This document shows, piece by piece, positions 30,109 to 39,769 of a DNA stretch of 64,000 bases; positions within the stretch are counted from its first letter, which is position 1; the number at the start of each line of letters is the position of its first letter. This DNA is from an uncultured delta proteobacterium. GTDB taxonomy: Bacteria > Desulfobacterota > RBG-13-43-22. Location: the NCBI GenBank assembly GCA_963790475.1, contig CAWBOS010000012.1:64001-128000 (forward strand), given 5' to 3'. Position numbers and translations under genes: made by a program. Below the pieces are notes generated by a model, which was not told where the DNA came from, ran no database searches, and saw nothing but the letters and a program-made list of their open reading frames with translations.

Positions 30109-30888
30109 TCATACTAAAAAATAGACATTGGGTTGGGTTCCCAAACTGGGTTTCCTTCGGATGGAATAATTTTCCCGGAGAAGTTGCCTCACATTAGACT
30201 GGGGATCATTGATGTCACCAAAGACCATCCTCCCGTTGCTGGCCTCGGCACAGGCCGGGTACAGCCCTTTGGCCAGCCGCTCTTCGCAGAAATTACACTT
30301 TTCTACCACCCCTTTAGACCGGGTCGGAAAGTCCGGGTTGTCGTATGGTTCTTTAAGGAACCTCCGGGGATCCCCCCAGTTAAAACTCCGGGCCCCGTAA
30401 GGACAGCCGGCCATGCAGAACCGGCAGCCGATACAGCGGTGAAAATCCATCATGACGATCCCGTCGGAAGCCCGTTTAAAAGTAGCCTGAGTGGGACAGA
30501 CCCGGACGCAAGGCGGGTTAGTGCAATGATTGCAAAGAACCAAATAGGAATTGCGCTCCATCCCTTCAGGCAAATATTGGTTTTGGTCATCGGGAAAGGC
30601 GTTTTCATATTTTTCCTTCCAGATCCATTTAATCTCCTGGCGCACCTGGTCCACCTTGGGGATATTGTGCGCCTTGTCACAGGCCTCGATGCATCTTTGA
30701 AAGTCTTCTGGACTTTGGAATTGTTTTGTTTTGATGACCATGGCCCATTGTTTTTTTCTTGGCGAGGGCACCGGACTCTGAGCCTCAACCGCCCCGGGCT
30801 TAAGGATCTCAAAAGCGGCCTTGCCTCCCAGCCCCCAGAGGGTAGCTATCCCGCTAATCCTTAAGAATTCTCTCCTATTGATGCCCAT
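30109..30888 (-). CDS. dsrO: DsrO periplasmic Fe-S protein
   Basis: Tat motif NRREFL; CNHCTNPPCVRVCP, CIGCRFCMAGCP, CNFC. Confidence 0.93.
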   Translation of the reverse strand: MGINRREFLRISGIATLWGLGGKAAFEILKPGAVEAQSPVPSPRKKQWAMVIKTKQFQSPEDFQRCIEACDKAHNIPKVDQVRQEIKWIWKEKYENAFPDDQNQYLPEGMERNSYLVLCNHCTNPPCVRVCPTQATFKRASDGIVMMDFHRCIGCRFCMAGCPYGARSFNWGDPRRFLKEPYDNPDFPTRSKGVVEKCNFCEERLAKGLYPACAEASNGRMVFGDINDPQSNVRQLLRENYSIRRKPSLGTQPNVYFLV

Positions 30889-31289
30889 CAGTTGTTCTCC
30901 TTCGGTGCAATATGGCAATCCCAGCAGAAGGGTTTGACCACCATATAATTATGACACTGATCGCAAAATTTGGTTTTGTTGGAGTGGCATTTCAAACAGC
31001 CGTTTTGAAGACTCTTTTCAAAAACCCGGCCGTCGGCCGTGGTCAGTTGCCGTCTATTATCCCCACGCACCACATCATATCGCCACTCATCCAGGATTTT
31101 CATATGGGTGGTGATCATTGTCGCCTTGGGTTCGATGCACTTTTTTTCCTTCATTTCCTGAATGACCGGTGTATCTATTTTAGGATCCGGCGGGGGAGCG
31201 GCTTTCCCCAGGTTATACCACAGGGGAAAGGTGACCAGGATCACAAAGACAATAATCATGGGAATGATTTTATTTTCGTCGTACATCAT
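30888..31289 (-). CDS. dsrJ: DsrJ triheme cytochrome c
   Basis: CLKCH, CDQCH, CWDCH. Confidence 0.95.
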   Translation of the reverse strand: MMYDENKIIPMIIVFVILVTFPLWYNLGKAAPPPDPKIDTPVIQEMKEKKCIEPKATMITTHMKILDEWRYDVVRGDNRRQLTTADGRVFEKSLQNGCLKCHSNKTKFCDQCHNYMVVKPFCWDCHIAPKENN

Positions 31290-32914
31290 TCTTCTTTATC
31301 CTCCTCGGCTTCTTCTCCCAAAGGTTCACCGCGTAAATTCGTGGTCCGTTCAATCTCCCCATCCATAATCAGGGCATTGGCCACCAATTCATGGAGCCCG
31401 GTGACCCCGACTTCCGGCACCCAGTATTCCATCAAGGTGCTTAAAGCCGCCCGGTCGATAGCGCAGATATTGGCCAGCATATTGACCCCGTGTTTCTCCT
31501 GAACAAATTTTACGGCGTTGGCCCTGGGAAATCCCCCCCGCATACGGAGTTCCATATTTTCACCGGCATTCAAACCCGAGCCGCTGCCGCAGCAGAAGGT
31601 TTGTTCCCGAATGGTACCCTCCGGCATTTCAAAGAAATTATTACAAACGCTTTGGAGCACATAGCGGGGCTCTTCAAAAAAGCCCATACCACGAGCTGGG
31701 TTGCAGGAATCATGAAAGGTAACTTTGAGGTGATCGTTCCGGCTGGGATCCAGTTTTAACTTTCCATTCTTGATCAGGTCGGCGGTAAACTCGACGATAT
31801 GGACCATCTTGGTCGAAGACGAGTTTTCAAACTTGGTTCCGGTAATCGGGGAAACAGGCAGTTCCAGAAAATCGGCCGGTCCGTTCATGGTATCCATATA
31901 CTGATTGACCACCCGCCACATATGCCCGCACTCACCGCCCAGGATCCATTTGACCCCCAGCCGCTTGGCTTCGGCATACATCTTGGTATTGAGTCTCTTC
32001 ATCATTTCATGGGAGGTGAAAAATCCGAAATTCCCCCCTTCGGAAGCATAGGTGCTCCAGGTATAATCCAGGCCCAGCTGATGAAACAACATCAGGTAGC
32101 CCATGCAGGTATAGGTGCCGGGGTCGGCAAAGACATCCCCGGAAGGAGTGACGAAGAGGATCTCGGCCCCTTTCCGGTTGAAAGAGGGCTCGGGCCGGAT
32201 GCCGGTGACCCCTTCGATTTCATCCAGGAAGAAATCGATCATGTCTTTAAAGGCATGGGGCTCGATTCCCAGGTGATTTCCTTTCCGGAAGCAGTTAGCC
32301 ACCGGACCGGCGATCCAGTCGATATTCAAGCCCAGCAGGTTCAGAAGCTCCCGGCCGATAATGGTTACTTCGGCAGTGTCGATGCCGTAAGGGCAAAATA
32401 CGGAACAGCGCCGGCACTCAGTGCACTGGAAAAAATAACTCCACCACTCCTTCACGACATCCTCGGTTAGGTCTCGGGCCCCGACCATTTTTCCGAAGAT
32501 CTTGCCGGCCGTGGTGAATTCCCGACGATAGACCGAACGCAGGAGTTCTGCCCTTAAAACCGGCATATTTTTCGGATCTCCGGAACCGATAAAAAAATGA
32601 CATTTATCGGCGCAGGCCCCGCAGCGGACACAGATATCCATAAAGATATGGAAACTCCGGAAACGGCTGATCCGCTCCCTGATGCCTTCAATGATAATCG
32701 TCTTCCAATTGTCGGGTAATTTCCAATCCGCATCCATAGGATTCCAGGCCCGGGCATTGGGAAGCCCTACCGCTTCCAGGTTTTTGGCTTGAGCCCCGTA
32801 GCAATAGGTCCCCGGTTTAATGACCGCCGGCGTATCCATCCAGCCTTTTAACAGCGGTGGGGAATGTTTTATTCGGGATAGTTCTTCGGGAGATTGGATT
32901 TTTTTATCGGCCAT
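31286..32914 (-). CDS. dsrK: DsrK Fe-S/CCG protein
   Basis: CVRCGACADKC, CTECRRCSVFCP, GECGH, HDSCN, FCCG. Confidence 0.96.
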   Translation of the reverse strand: MADKKIQSPEELSRIKHSPPLLKGWMDTPAVIKPGTYCYGAQAKNLEAVGLPNARAWNPMDADWKLPDNWKTIIIEGIRERISRFRSFHIFMDICVRCGACADKCHFFIGSGDPKNMPVLRAELLRSVYRREFTTAGKIFGKMVGARDLTEDVVKEWWSYFFQCTECRRCSVFCPYGIDTAEVTIIGRELLNLLGLNIDWIAGPVANCFRKGNHLGIEPHAFKDMIDFFLDEIEGVTGIRPEPSFNRKGAEILFVTPSGDVFADPGTYTCMGYLMLFHQLGLDYTWSTYASEGGNFGFFTSHEMMKRLNTKMYAEAKRLGVKWILGGECGHMWRVVNQYMDTMNGPADFLELPVSPITGTKFENSSSTKMVHIVEFTADLIKNGKLKLDPSRNDHLKVTFHDSCNPARGMGFFEEPRYVLQSVCNNFFEMPEGTIREQTFCCGSGSGLNAGENMELRMRGGFPRANAVKFVQEKHGVNMLANICAIDRAALSTLMEYWVPEVGVTGLHELVANALIMDGEIERTTNLRGEPLGEEAEEDKEE

Positions 32915-32916
32915 GG

Positions 32917-33945
32917 TTACTCCTTCTCCACTGGGATTCCAGCCTCAACCATTTTTTCTCTGAACTCTTCCTCATATTCATCATAGGTATGGACCTTTAC
33001 CGGATAATTCCAGGGATTAATATGTCTGACAAAGCGGTTATTGTTGGCCATGATCCTGGTCGGACTCAGGAAGACCCCCCCCAAATGGACCAACTTACTG
33101 AAGGGGAAATAGGCCAAAAGGCAACAGACCGAAAAAAGGTGCATATAAAAAAGGACCCCGATTCCCTGAGGCACTGTAGGATGAAAAGTCACCAGCCCCA
33201 TGACCAATTCTTTCACGCCGACCACATCAACCTTCAGCAAATAGCGCATCAGAATCCCGGTGGTGGCAATGGCCATAATCAAAAATAAAGGGAAATAATC
33301 GGTGGGCAGGGAAATATACCGAACGGTGGGGATATAAACCCTTCTCAAGAACAAATAGCCGGCTGCTGCCAACAGGACGATTCCACTGAGGTACAATCCC
33401 GGGAGCATTAAACCAGGTAATGGGCCGATTCCGAATTGCATAAAACCATCCAGGGCTTCCAGGCCGGTTACGAAAGCCGGGACCGGCTGGGTAAAAAATC
33501 GGAGGTGCCGCAAGATAACCACCAGAAAGGAATAATGGAAAAGGATGGCCGACAGCCATAGCCACTTTTCCCATTCATAGGTCACCCGCGGTCCTTCTCT
33601 GAATTCCATCGTGGAATTACGAAAAAGAGAACGAAAGAGCAGGATTTCCAAAAGCATCCGGCCGAAAACGCCTGCGGCGCTGGAAGGATTCTCGATTTTG
33701 TTGGATTTGATCCAGGGGAAGGATTTCTGTTGGCCGGCGGTGGTGGGAATTCGAAAGGGGACCGCAGAAAAAGACCAAAGGAGCAATCGGCCGACCACCC
33801 CCACTAAAAAAAGAACCATGGCCGCATAGGGAATAATCACCCCGAATAAAACCTGCAGGTTAGCCACCTGCATCCCGACAAAGGGAATGAAAACGAGAAC
33901 CAGTACCGTGATGAAGGATATGATAATGCCCAATATAAAATTCAT
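32917..33945 (-). CDS. dsrM: DsrM cytochrome b membrane subunit
   Basis: PFRIPTTAGQQKS, FRSLFRN, FHYS, RHLRFF, PFSKLVH. Confidence 0.95.
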   Translation of the reverse strand: MNFILGIIISFITVLVLVFIPFVGMQVANLQVLFGVIIPYAAMVLFLVGVVGRLLLWSFSAVPFRIPTTAGQQKSFPWIKSNKIENPSSAAGVFGRMLLEILLFRSLFRNSTMEFREGPRVTYEWEKWLWLSAILFHYSFLVVILRHLRFFTQPVPAFVTGLEALDGFMQFGIGPLPGLMLPGLYLSGIVLLAAAGYLFLRRVYIPTVRYISLPTDYFPLFLIMAIATTGILMRYLLKVDVVGVKELVMGLVTFHPTVPQGIGVLFYMHLFSVCCLLAYFPFSKLVHLGGVFLSPTRIMANNNRFVRHINPWNYPVKVHTYDEYEEEFREKMVEAGIPVEKE

Positions 33946-34061
33946 GAATTTCTACCTCTCATCATTTAAGGTAAGGTTTGGTGCTGAAATGCCTGACACA
34001 CTTGCGCCGCCGGGTTTTGACTGGCATTTGAACTTAAAAACCCAAAGAGCGAAACACTAAT

Positions 34062-34584
34062 CTATGGTGTCTCCAACGGATCTTCCACTACCAATTTGGC
34101 CCTTTTAAGAAGCCGGATGGTTCGATTGTTAATTTCGTTGGCTTTTAGATCGTAAATCTTTTCCCGGCATAGCATAAAAATATCAAATGAAAGCAAGGTC
34201 AGTTCATCGATTCCGGACTCTAATGCCAGCAACTCCTGCCCGATCCGATTTTCTTCAATCTCCTGGGCCAACTCCTCCCGAATGACCTCTTTTAGTAAAA
34301 ACATAAAGGTCACCGCCTGGGAGGCGGAAATGTCCTGAACAGCCCTAATACGAATAATATTGTCGAGACAGGGACGTAGGGTATTAAGGTCTATCCCTTT
34401 GAAAAAGCCCGTCCATGATGGATTCAAGTTCCCGGGAAAGGATGTTTCCAACCGGATTGGCAAAACGATTCTTCTTACTTTTTAAGAATCTGGCAGTCTC
34501 TTCGGGGTAGGTCTCAATAGTCCGGTCAAACCACCGGCTCAAAATGGCCGACTTTCTATCTGATAAGAATTTTTCCAACCTCAT
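34062..34584 (-). pseudogene. dsrT: DsrT (RsbRD N-terminal domain), split by one frameshift
   Basis: FANPVG in 34384-34584 and IIRIRAVQD, REKIY in 34062-34463. One extra base in CTTTTTCAAA near 34398-34406. Confidence 0.85.
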
Positions 34585-34664
34585 AATTGATTCATGTTAC
34601 CAGTGACAATAGAAGGGTAAACGAATTTTTCCCCGTCACTCGTCACCGGCAACTTGAATTTTCT

Positions 34665-34982
34665 TTATACGCAGCCGGTCGGTTTTGGGAGGCCGGCCAT
34701 CTTACAGGCCCCTTTCCCTGGTCCGGAGGGAAACAACTCATAGATATATTTCAGTTTAAATCCGGTAACCTTGGATAAAATCCGGACCATCGGGGCAATC
34801 CCGTTTTTCTTGTAATAGTCCTGAAGAATTTCAATAACTTTCCAATGTTCATCGGTAAGTTCGCTGATCCCTTCAGATTCTTTCACATAATCGACCCATT
34901 CACGACTCCAGGTATTGAAGTCATCAATAAAGCCATCTTCATCTACATTAAAGGTTTTCCCTTTAAATTCTACCGTTGGCAT
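34665..34982 (-). CDS. dsrC: DsrC
   Basis: C terminus GPGKGACKMAGLPKPTGCV with both conserved Cys. Confidence 0.98.
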   Translation of the reverse strand: MPTVEFKGKTFNVDEDGFIDDFNTWSREWVDYVKESEGISELTDEHWKVIEILQDYYKKNGIAPMVRILSKVTGFKLKYIYELFPSGPGKGACKMAGLPKPTGCV

Positions 34983-34995
34983 GGTTCTTCCTCCT

Positions 34996-35076
34996 CACAA
35001 AATTATTTTATTTTGTGGCCAATAAATGACCTATTTTCTTTAAAATGTCAAGGGTATTTTGTTCTTTTTTTCTCAA
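34996..35076 (-). promoter_or_regulatory. Candidate internal promoter region of dsrC
   Basis: TTGACA at 35051-35046; Rex-like TTGTTCTTTTTTTCTCAA at 35059-35076; inverted repeat CACAAAAT/ATTTTGTG just before the RBS. Confidence 0.4.
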
Positions 35077-35125
35077 TACGTTCGCATAATCCTGGGTTAT
35101 TGTTTGTTTCCTTTGAAACATAAGC

Positions 35126-36577
35126 TTATTGAGGTACCGCAGAAGACGACCGGCTTAAAAGGGTTTTATCAAACAAGAGATCTCCAGGGACTGAATTGAG
35201 CTTATGTTTCTCGGCCTGTTTCACTAAGGCAGGGGCCCACTCCGGAGTCCCCAGGGCATGAAGATGGGTATAGGAAGCCAGAACATTTTTATACAAGATC
35301 CCGTCCCCAATCCCATCCAGACCAAACCCCTTGATCATCTTAAAAACCGGGGTGAAATTACAGGTGTCCCAGTTCAAAATTCTGGAGTAATGAAATTCAT
35401 GACCCTTAATTACTCTGCCGACCGGGAAATAAGGATTTTCCTCCTGGACCTTGATCTGGATATATCCATGGCCTTGTGGCCTTTTCTCCAAAACAAAGGT
35501 CAAGGGCAAAGTCCCTACCATAGGATAAACCTCTCCCTGATAAAATAAATGCTTACCCAAATACATCAGCCCCCCGCATTCAGCATACACTGGAAGACCT
35601 TCTTCAATGGCCTCTTTCAGGGCCAAACGAAAGGAATCGTTTTTAGCCAGCAGAAGGGCTTGGGTTTCAGGGAACCCTCCACCGATATAGAGTCCGTCCA
35701 GGGATGCTGGAAATTCTCCGGTCAGGGCATTCAAAAAGAACAATCTCGCCCCGGCCTTTTCCAAGGCCTCCAGGTTCTCCGGATAATAAAACTGAAAAGC
35801 CTGATCCTGAATAATTCCAATTGAAGGATTCATCGATGAAGATCCCGTTTTGCGATGAACTGTTTGGGGGGAATAGGATTTCAGAAAAGGGGCCGCATAG
35901 GCCAGGTCAAGGAGACGGTCCAGATCCAGATAACCTTCCACCATTTTTTGGGCGGACAGAACAGCCTTTTCCACTTCAGGGTGTTCCTGAGAGGGCAGAA
36001 GGCCCAAATGTCGTTCGGGAAATTGGGTGGAGGGCATTCGAGGTATTGCCCCTAAAATCGGCAACCCGCAGTACTCTTCCACTGCTTTTCGGATAACCTT
36101 TTCGTGCCGGCTCCCGGCGATATGGTTTAAAATAATCCCTTTGAGATCCAGATCCGGATCAAATTGCCGGCAGCCTAGAATCATGGCCGCAACAGTACGG
36201 GTGGTCTTGGTACAATCCACGATCAGGACCAGAGGGGCTTTTAATACTTTGGCTAACTCGGCTGTACTGTAAGTCCCCTGGGGGTTAATCCCGTCAAAGA
36301 GGCCCCGATTACCTTCGACAAGAGATAACTCCCCGCCCTGGGCCCTATGCTGAAAGGAATGAAGAACCGTTTTCCTGCCCATTAAAAAAGGGTCCAGATT
36401 AAAACAGGGGTGGCCGGCTGCCACAGCCAACCAACCGGAATCAATATAATCCGGTCCCTTTTTAAAGGGAATGACTTTACGCCCTTGAGCTTTCCAAGCT
36501 GCCAGGACTCCCATGGAGAGAACGGTTTTTCCGGATCCCCCCCTAAGGGAGGCCATCATGATTCTGGGAAGGCCCAT
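35126..36577 (-). CDS. dsrN: Siroheme amidase DsrN (cobyrinate a,c-diamide synthase family)
   Basis: GGSGKT, FKKGPDYID, ERHLGL, YAECGGLMYL, GHEFHYS; located between dsrD and dsrC. Confidence 0.9.
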   Translation of the reverse strand: MGLPRIMMASLRGGSGKTVLSMGVLAAWKAQGRKVIPFKKGPDYIDSGWLAVAAGHPCFNLDPFLMGRKTVLHSFQHRAQGGELSLVEGNRGLFDGINPQGTYSTAELAKVLKAPLVLIVDCTKTTRTVAAMILGCRQFDPDLDLKGIILNHIAGSRHEKVIRKAVEEYCGLPILGAIPRMPSTQFPERHLGLLPSQEHPEVEKAVLSAQKMVEGYLDLDRLLDLAYAAPFLKSYSPQTVHRKTGSSSMNPSIGIIQDQAFQFYYPENLEALEKAGARLFFLNALTGEFPASLDGLYIGGGFPETQALLLAKNDSFRLALKEAIEEGLPVYAECGGLMYLGKHLFYQGEVYPMVGTLPLTFVLEKRPQGHGYIQIKVQEENPYFPVGRVIKGHEFHYSRILNWDTCNFTPVFKMIKGFGLDGIGDGILYKNVLASYTHLHALGTPEWAPALVKQAEKHKLNSVPGDLLFDKTLLSRSSSAVPQ

Positions 36578-36637
36578 TTTCCTGTATTAAAGTTCCAATT
36601 TATTCTTGAGGCCGGGGCACCCTGATACAAAATCGGG

Positions 36638-36880
36638 TTATTCCTCCCCTTCCTCGGCGGCGGCCTGTTTCCCGGCCCCTTTAATCCCATACATGGTCGT
36701 GCTGCCGCTGGACCAGTATTCGAGCATCTCCTGCTGGACCATATTGTTGACTAATTTATTCACTTCCCTTGGTTTCCAATCGGGCAGCATGGCATAGAAA
36801 TCTTTCAAATAAAATTTGGATTTGCCCTTTTTCTTTTCCAGACCTTCGATAATTATTTTTTGGGCTTCGGCTGTTTCCAT
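36638..36880 (-). CDS. dsrD: DsrD
   Basis: KSKFY.KD and YWSSGSTTMYG. Confidence 0.96.
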   Translation of the reverse strand: METAEAQKIIIEGLEKKKGKSKFYLKDFYAMLPDWKPREVNKLVNNMVQQEMLEYWSSGSTTMYGIKGAGKQAAAEEGEE

Positions 36881-36999
36881 TTTAATCCTCTTTTCTTTTG
36901 GTGTTTAAAGTCAAAAATCCGGAGCTTGGAGAAAAGCTTTTCCCCAAACTCCGAATTCCCAACTTCGAACCTGGATATTGAACTTCCCTTTCTGAAATA

Positions 37000-38139
37000 C
37001 TAAGCCGTAAATTTAAACTGGGAAGTCTGCCGCCAGGTATAATATGCGGGATCGCGGAAATCATCAATCAGGTGATGGGTGAATTCCAGACCGGTTTTTT
37101 CAAAAAATTTTTCCCAGCCGATCCGTTCGGCCCATTCGCCCAACCGTTCATATTTCCTGGCATTGGCTGCATAGGTTTCAACAATATTTCGGACGCAAGA
37201 GGTAACCTCGGGCCAGCGGGGGATATTATTAGGCAGGAAGGCCACCACGACCTTGGAAAACTTGGGCGCGTGGATCCGGTTGGAGACCTTGCCGCCGACC
37301 ATGATCACGATGCCGTCGCCTTGCGCATCGGCCAAGGGCATAGCCGGACACATGGTGTAGCAGTTTCCGCAGAACATGCAACGGTCCTGATTGACTGCTA
37401 CGGCCTGGGCATCGGTTCCATCCGGTTTCTTGATCTTGGCCGGTTTGATGGCTGCCGTCGGACAAGCGGCAATGGCCAAGGGAATCTCACAGACCTTGTC
37501 GATTACTTCGGCATCGATCATGGGAGGTTTGCGGTGATAACCCAGAATGGCGATGTCCGAACAATGGACCGCCCCGCACATATTCAGACAGCAGGCCAGG
37601 GAAATGCGGACATGGGCCGGCATTCTCATGCTGGTGAATTCATCAAACAAATCATCCATAACCGCCTTGACCACGCCGGAGGCATCGGTCGCCGGGGTAT
37701 GGCAATGGAGCCAGCCCTGGGTGTGAACGATGTTGGTGATCCCGGCACCGGTCCCGCCAATGGGAAACTTAAAACCTCCCCCAGCCTGCTTACGGCTCAA
37801 GAGGTCCTTTTTTAAGGGTTCGATTTTGGATTGATTGTCAACCATAAATTCGACGTTGTTCCGGGTGGTGAAGCGCAGAAAACCGCCGCAGTGCTTGTCG
37901 GCTATCTCCATGAGTTCCCGGAGATGGGAAATACTCATCACCCGGGCCGCGCCAACCCGTACGGTAAAGACCTTATCGCCGTTTTCGGCCACATGGACCA
38001 AGACCCCGGGTTCTAAAATTTCATGGTAGTCCCACTTGCCAAAGTTTTTCTTGATGACCGGAGGAAGAAAATCCTGGTAATTTTTCGGTCCTATATCGGT
38101 AATTCTATCCTTTAAAGGATTTGATGGATCATAAGGCAT
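37000..38139 (-). CDS. dsrB: Dissimilatory sulfite reductase beta subunit
   Basis: [35 protein letters not shown]. Confidence 0.99.
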   Translation of the reverse strand: MPYDPSNPLKDRITDIGPKNYQDFLPPVIKKNFGKWDYHEILEPGVLVHVAENGDKVFTVRVGAARVMSISHLRELMEIADKHCGGFLRFTTRNNVEFMVDNQSKIEPLKKDLLSRKQAGGGFKFPIGGTGAGITNIVHTQGWLHCHTPATDASGVVKAVMDDLFDEFTSMRMPAHVRISLACCLNMCGAVHCSDIAILGYHRKPPMIDAEVIDKVCEIPLAIAACPTAAIKPAKIKKPDGTDAQAVAVNQDRCMFCGNCYTMCPAMPLADAQGDGIVIMVGGKVSNRIHAPKFSKVVVAFLPNNIPRWPEVTSCVRNIVETYAANARKYERLGEWAERIGWEKFFEKTGLEFTHHLIDDFRDPAYYTWRQTSQFKFTA

Positions 38140-38152
38140 TGGTTGTTACCTC

Positions 38153-39463
38153 CTATCTCAGATGAAACTTGCGATATTCTTGAATGTCCCGGGTGAACCC
38201 GCCCTCTACTTCTTCCTCTTTCCAGAAGATATAGGGGTTGGTCCTGGGTTCCTTGACCATTTGGGGAACCGGCTCCAGTTCGGTGGCTTCTAATAATTTC
38301 TGGAACCCTTTCCTCTTAATTAATTCTCCGAGACGTTCCCGGTTTTTGCCCTCTTCCATCCAATAATCCCAGATCTTCTCAATAAGTTCTTTGATTTCGG
38401 TATAGGGCGGTTCGGCGCTGATAAAGGGAACCAGAAGGGAACCCATCTGGGCCCCATCCAGAATGGGGGCCTTGGCCCCGACCAGAATGGATATCCCAGT
38501 CTCTTGACCAATCTTCAAGGCCCTGGGCATGACATTGATGCAATGCATGCAGCGGGTGCATTCCGGATTATCAATGGTCAATTTTTTTCCATCCCAGGCC
38601 ATACAACCGGTCGGACAAAGGGCAATGACCTCTTTCTGAATATCAAAGGCCCCCCAATCCCGTCCGCTGTGTGCGCCGGCATTGGGTTTTAATTCGCCGC
38701 CCACATAGGCGGCCACGGCCTTCTGATCGATCCGGATATCGTCCTTCCAGGTGCCGATAAAGGACATGTCCGACCGGGCGATAGAGGCCACACAGCAGTT
38801 CGGACAACCGTCGAATTTAAATTTGAATTTATAAGGGAAGGCCGGGCGATGCAGATAATCCTGATACTCATTGGTCAGGTCAAAGCACAAGGCCTGGGTG
38901 TCATAACAGGCATATTCACAGCGGGATTTGCCCAGACAATCTGAAGGGGTGCGCAGGTTGGACCCCGATCCACCGAGGTCCTGCCCGATGTTGTGGGTCA
39001 GTTCATAGAAGACCTCTTCCAGTTGAGGGGTGTGAGTTCCCAACAGGATGATGTCTCCGGTGGAACCGTGCATGTTGGTGATACCGCTGCCCCTTCTTTC
39101 CCATAAATCACAAATCTTTTCCAGATATTCGGTGGAATAATATTTGCCGCCGGGCTGATTGACCCGCATGGTGTGAAAATGGGCCACGCCCGGGAACATT
39201 TCCGGTTGATCGCAGTACCGGCCGATAACCCCGCCCCCATATCCGAAAACTCCGACAATGCCGCCGTGTTTCCAGTGGGTTCGCTTGTGAACATAGGTCA
39301 GTTCCAATACACCCAGGATATCATCACAAACATCTGAAGGGATCTGAAACTTGACCCCTTTTTCGTTCTTGGCCCGAGATTCCGCTTCGCGTTTGATATC
39401 GCTTACAAAACTCGGCCACGGCCCGCTTTCTAACTGATCCAGCAGGGGTGTTTTATGCTTCAT
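38153..39463 (-). CDS. dsrA: Dissimilatory sulfite reductase alpha subunit
   Basis: THWKHGGIVGVFGYGGGVIGRY, CLGKSRC, GCPNCC. Confidence 0.99.
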   Translation of the reverse strand: MKHKTPLLDQLESGPWPSFVSDIKREAESRAKNEKGVKFQIPSDVCDDILGVLELTYVHKRTHWKHGGIVGVFGYGGGVIGRYCDQPEMFPGVAHFHTMRVNQPGGKYYSTEYLEKICDLWERRGSGITNMHGSTGDIILLGTHTPQLEEVFYELTHNIGQDLGGSGSNLRTPSDCLGKSRCEYACYDTQALCFDLTNEYQDYLHRPAFPYKFKFKFDGCPNCCVASIARSDMSFIGTWKDDIRIDQKAVAAYVGGELKPNAGAHSGRDWGAFDIQKEVIALCPTGCMAWDGKKLTIDNPECTRCMHCINVMPRALKIGQETGISILVGAKAPILDGAQMGSLLVPFISAEPPYTEIKELIEKIWDYWMEEGKNRERLGELIKRKGFQKLLEATELEPVPQMVKEPRTNPYIFWKEEEVEGGFTRDIQEYRKFHLR

Positions 39464-39687
39464 TAGTATAACCTCCCATTCGTTAATGATAAAAATTTAA
39501 TATAATAACAAATTTTATTTCAGGCCCCGAAGAGTCCTGTTAATTCTATCCACCACCTCCTCCCGGAAATTCACATTTGCGTTAACCGGCAATACTATAC
39601 TTTTAGATTATATCGAAAACCTTTTGTATTAATTAAATCCCTCCCTTCCTGCATTTCTAAGAAGATGCAAGCTATTTTAAGGGAAGA

Positions 39688-39741
39688 AAGTGAAAAAAAA
39701 GACAAAATCAAGCTATAAAATATATGTTCGGCTTTTGTCAA
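39688..39741 (-). promoter_or_regulatory. Candidate dsrA sigma70 promoter with a downstream Rex-like box
   Basis: TTGACA (39741-39736), 18 nt, TATAGC; then TTGTCTTTTTTTTCACTT at 39705-39688. Confidence 0.45.
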
Positions 39742-39769
39742 CAAAAAAACGGAAAATTACCGGAGGATA

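Noticed and set aside
35126-36577. cbiA/cobB of cobalamin synthesis
   Set aside because: Position between dsrD and dsrC indicates dsrN.
28932-39463. Oxidative (reverse) dsr operon
   Set aside because: dsrD is present, and dsrEFH and dsrL are not in the window.
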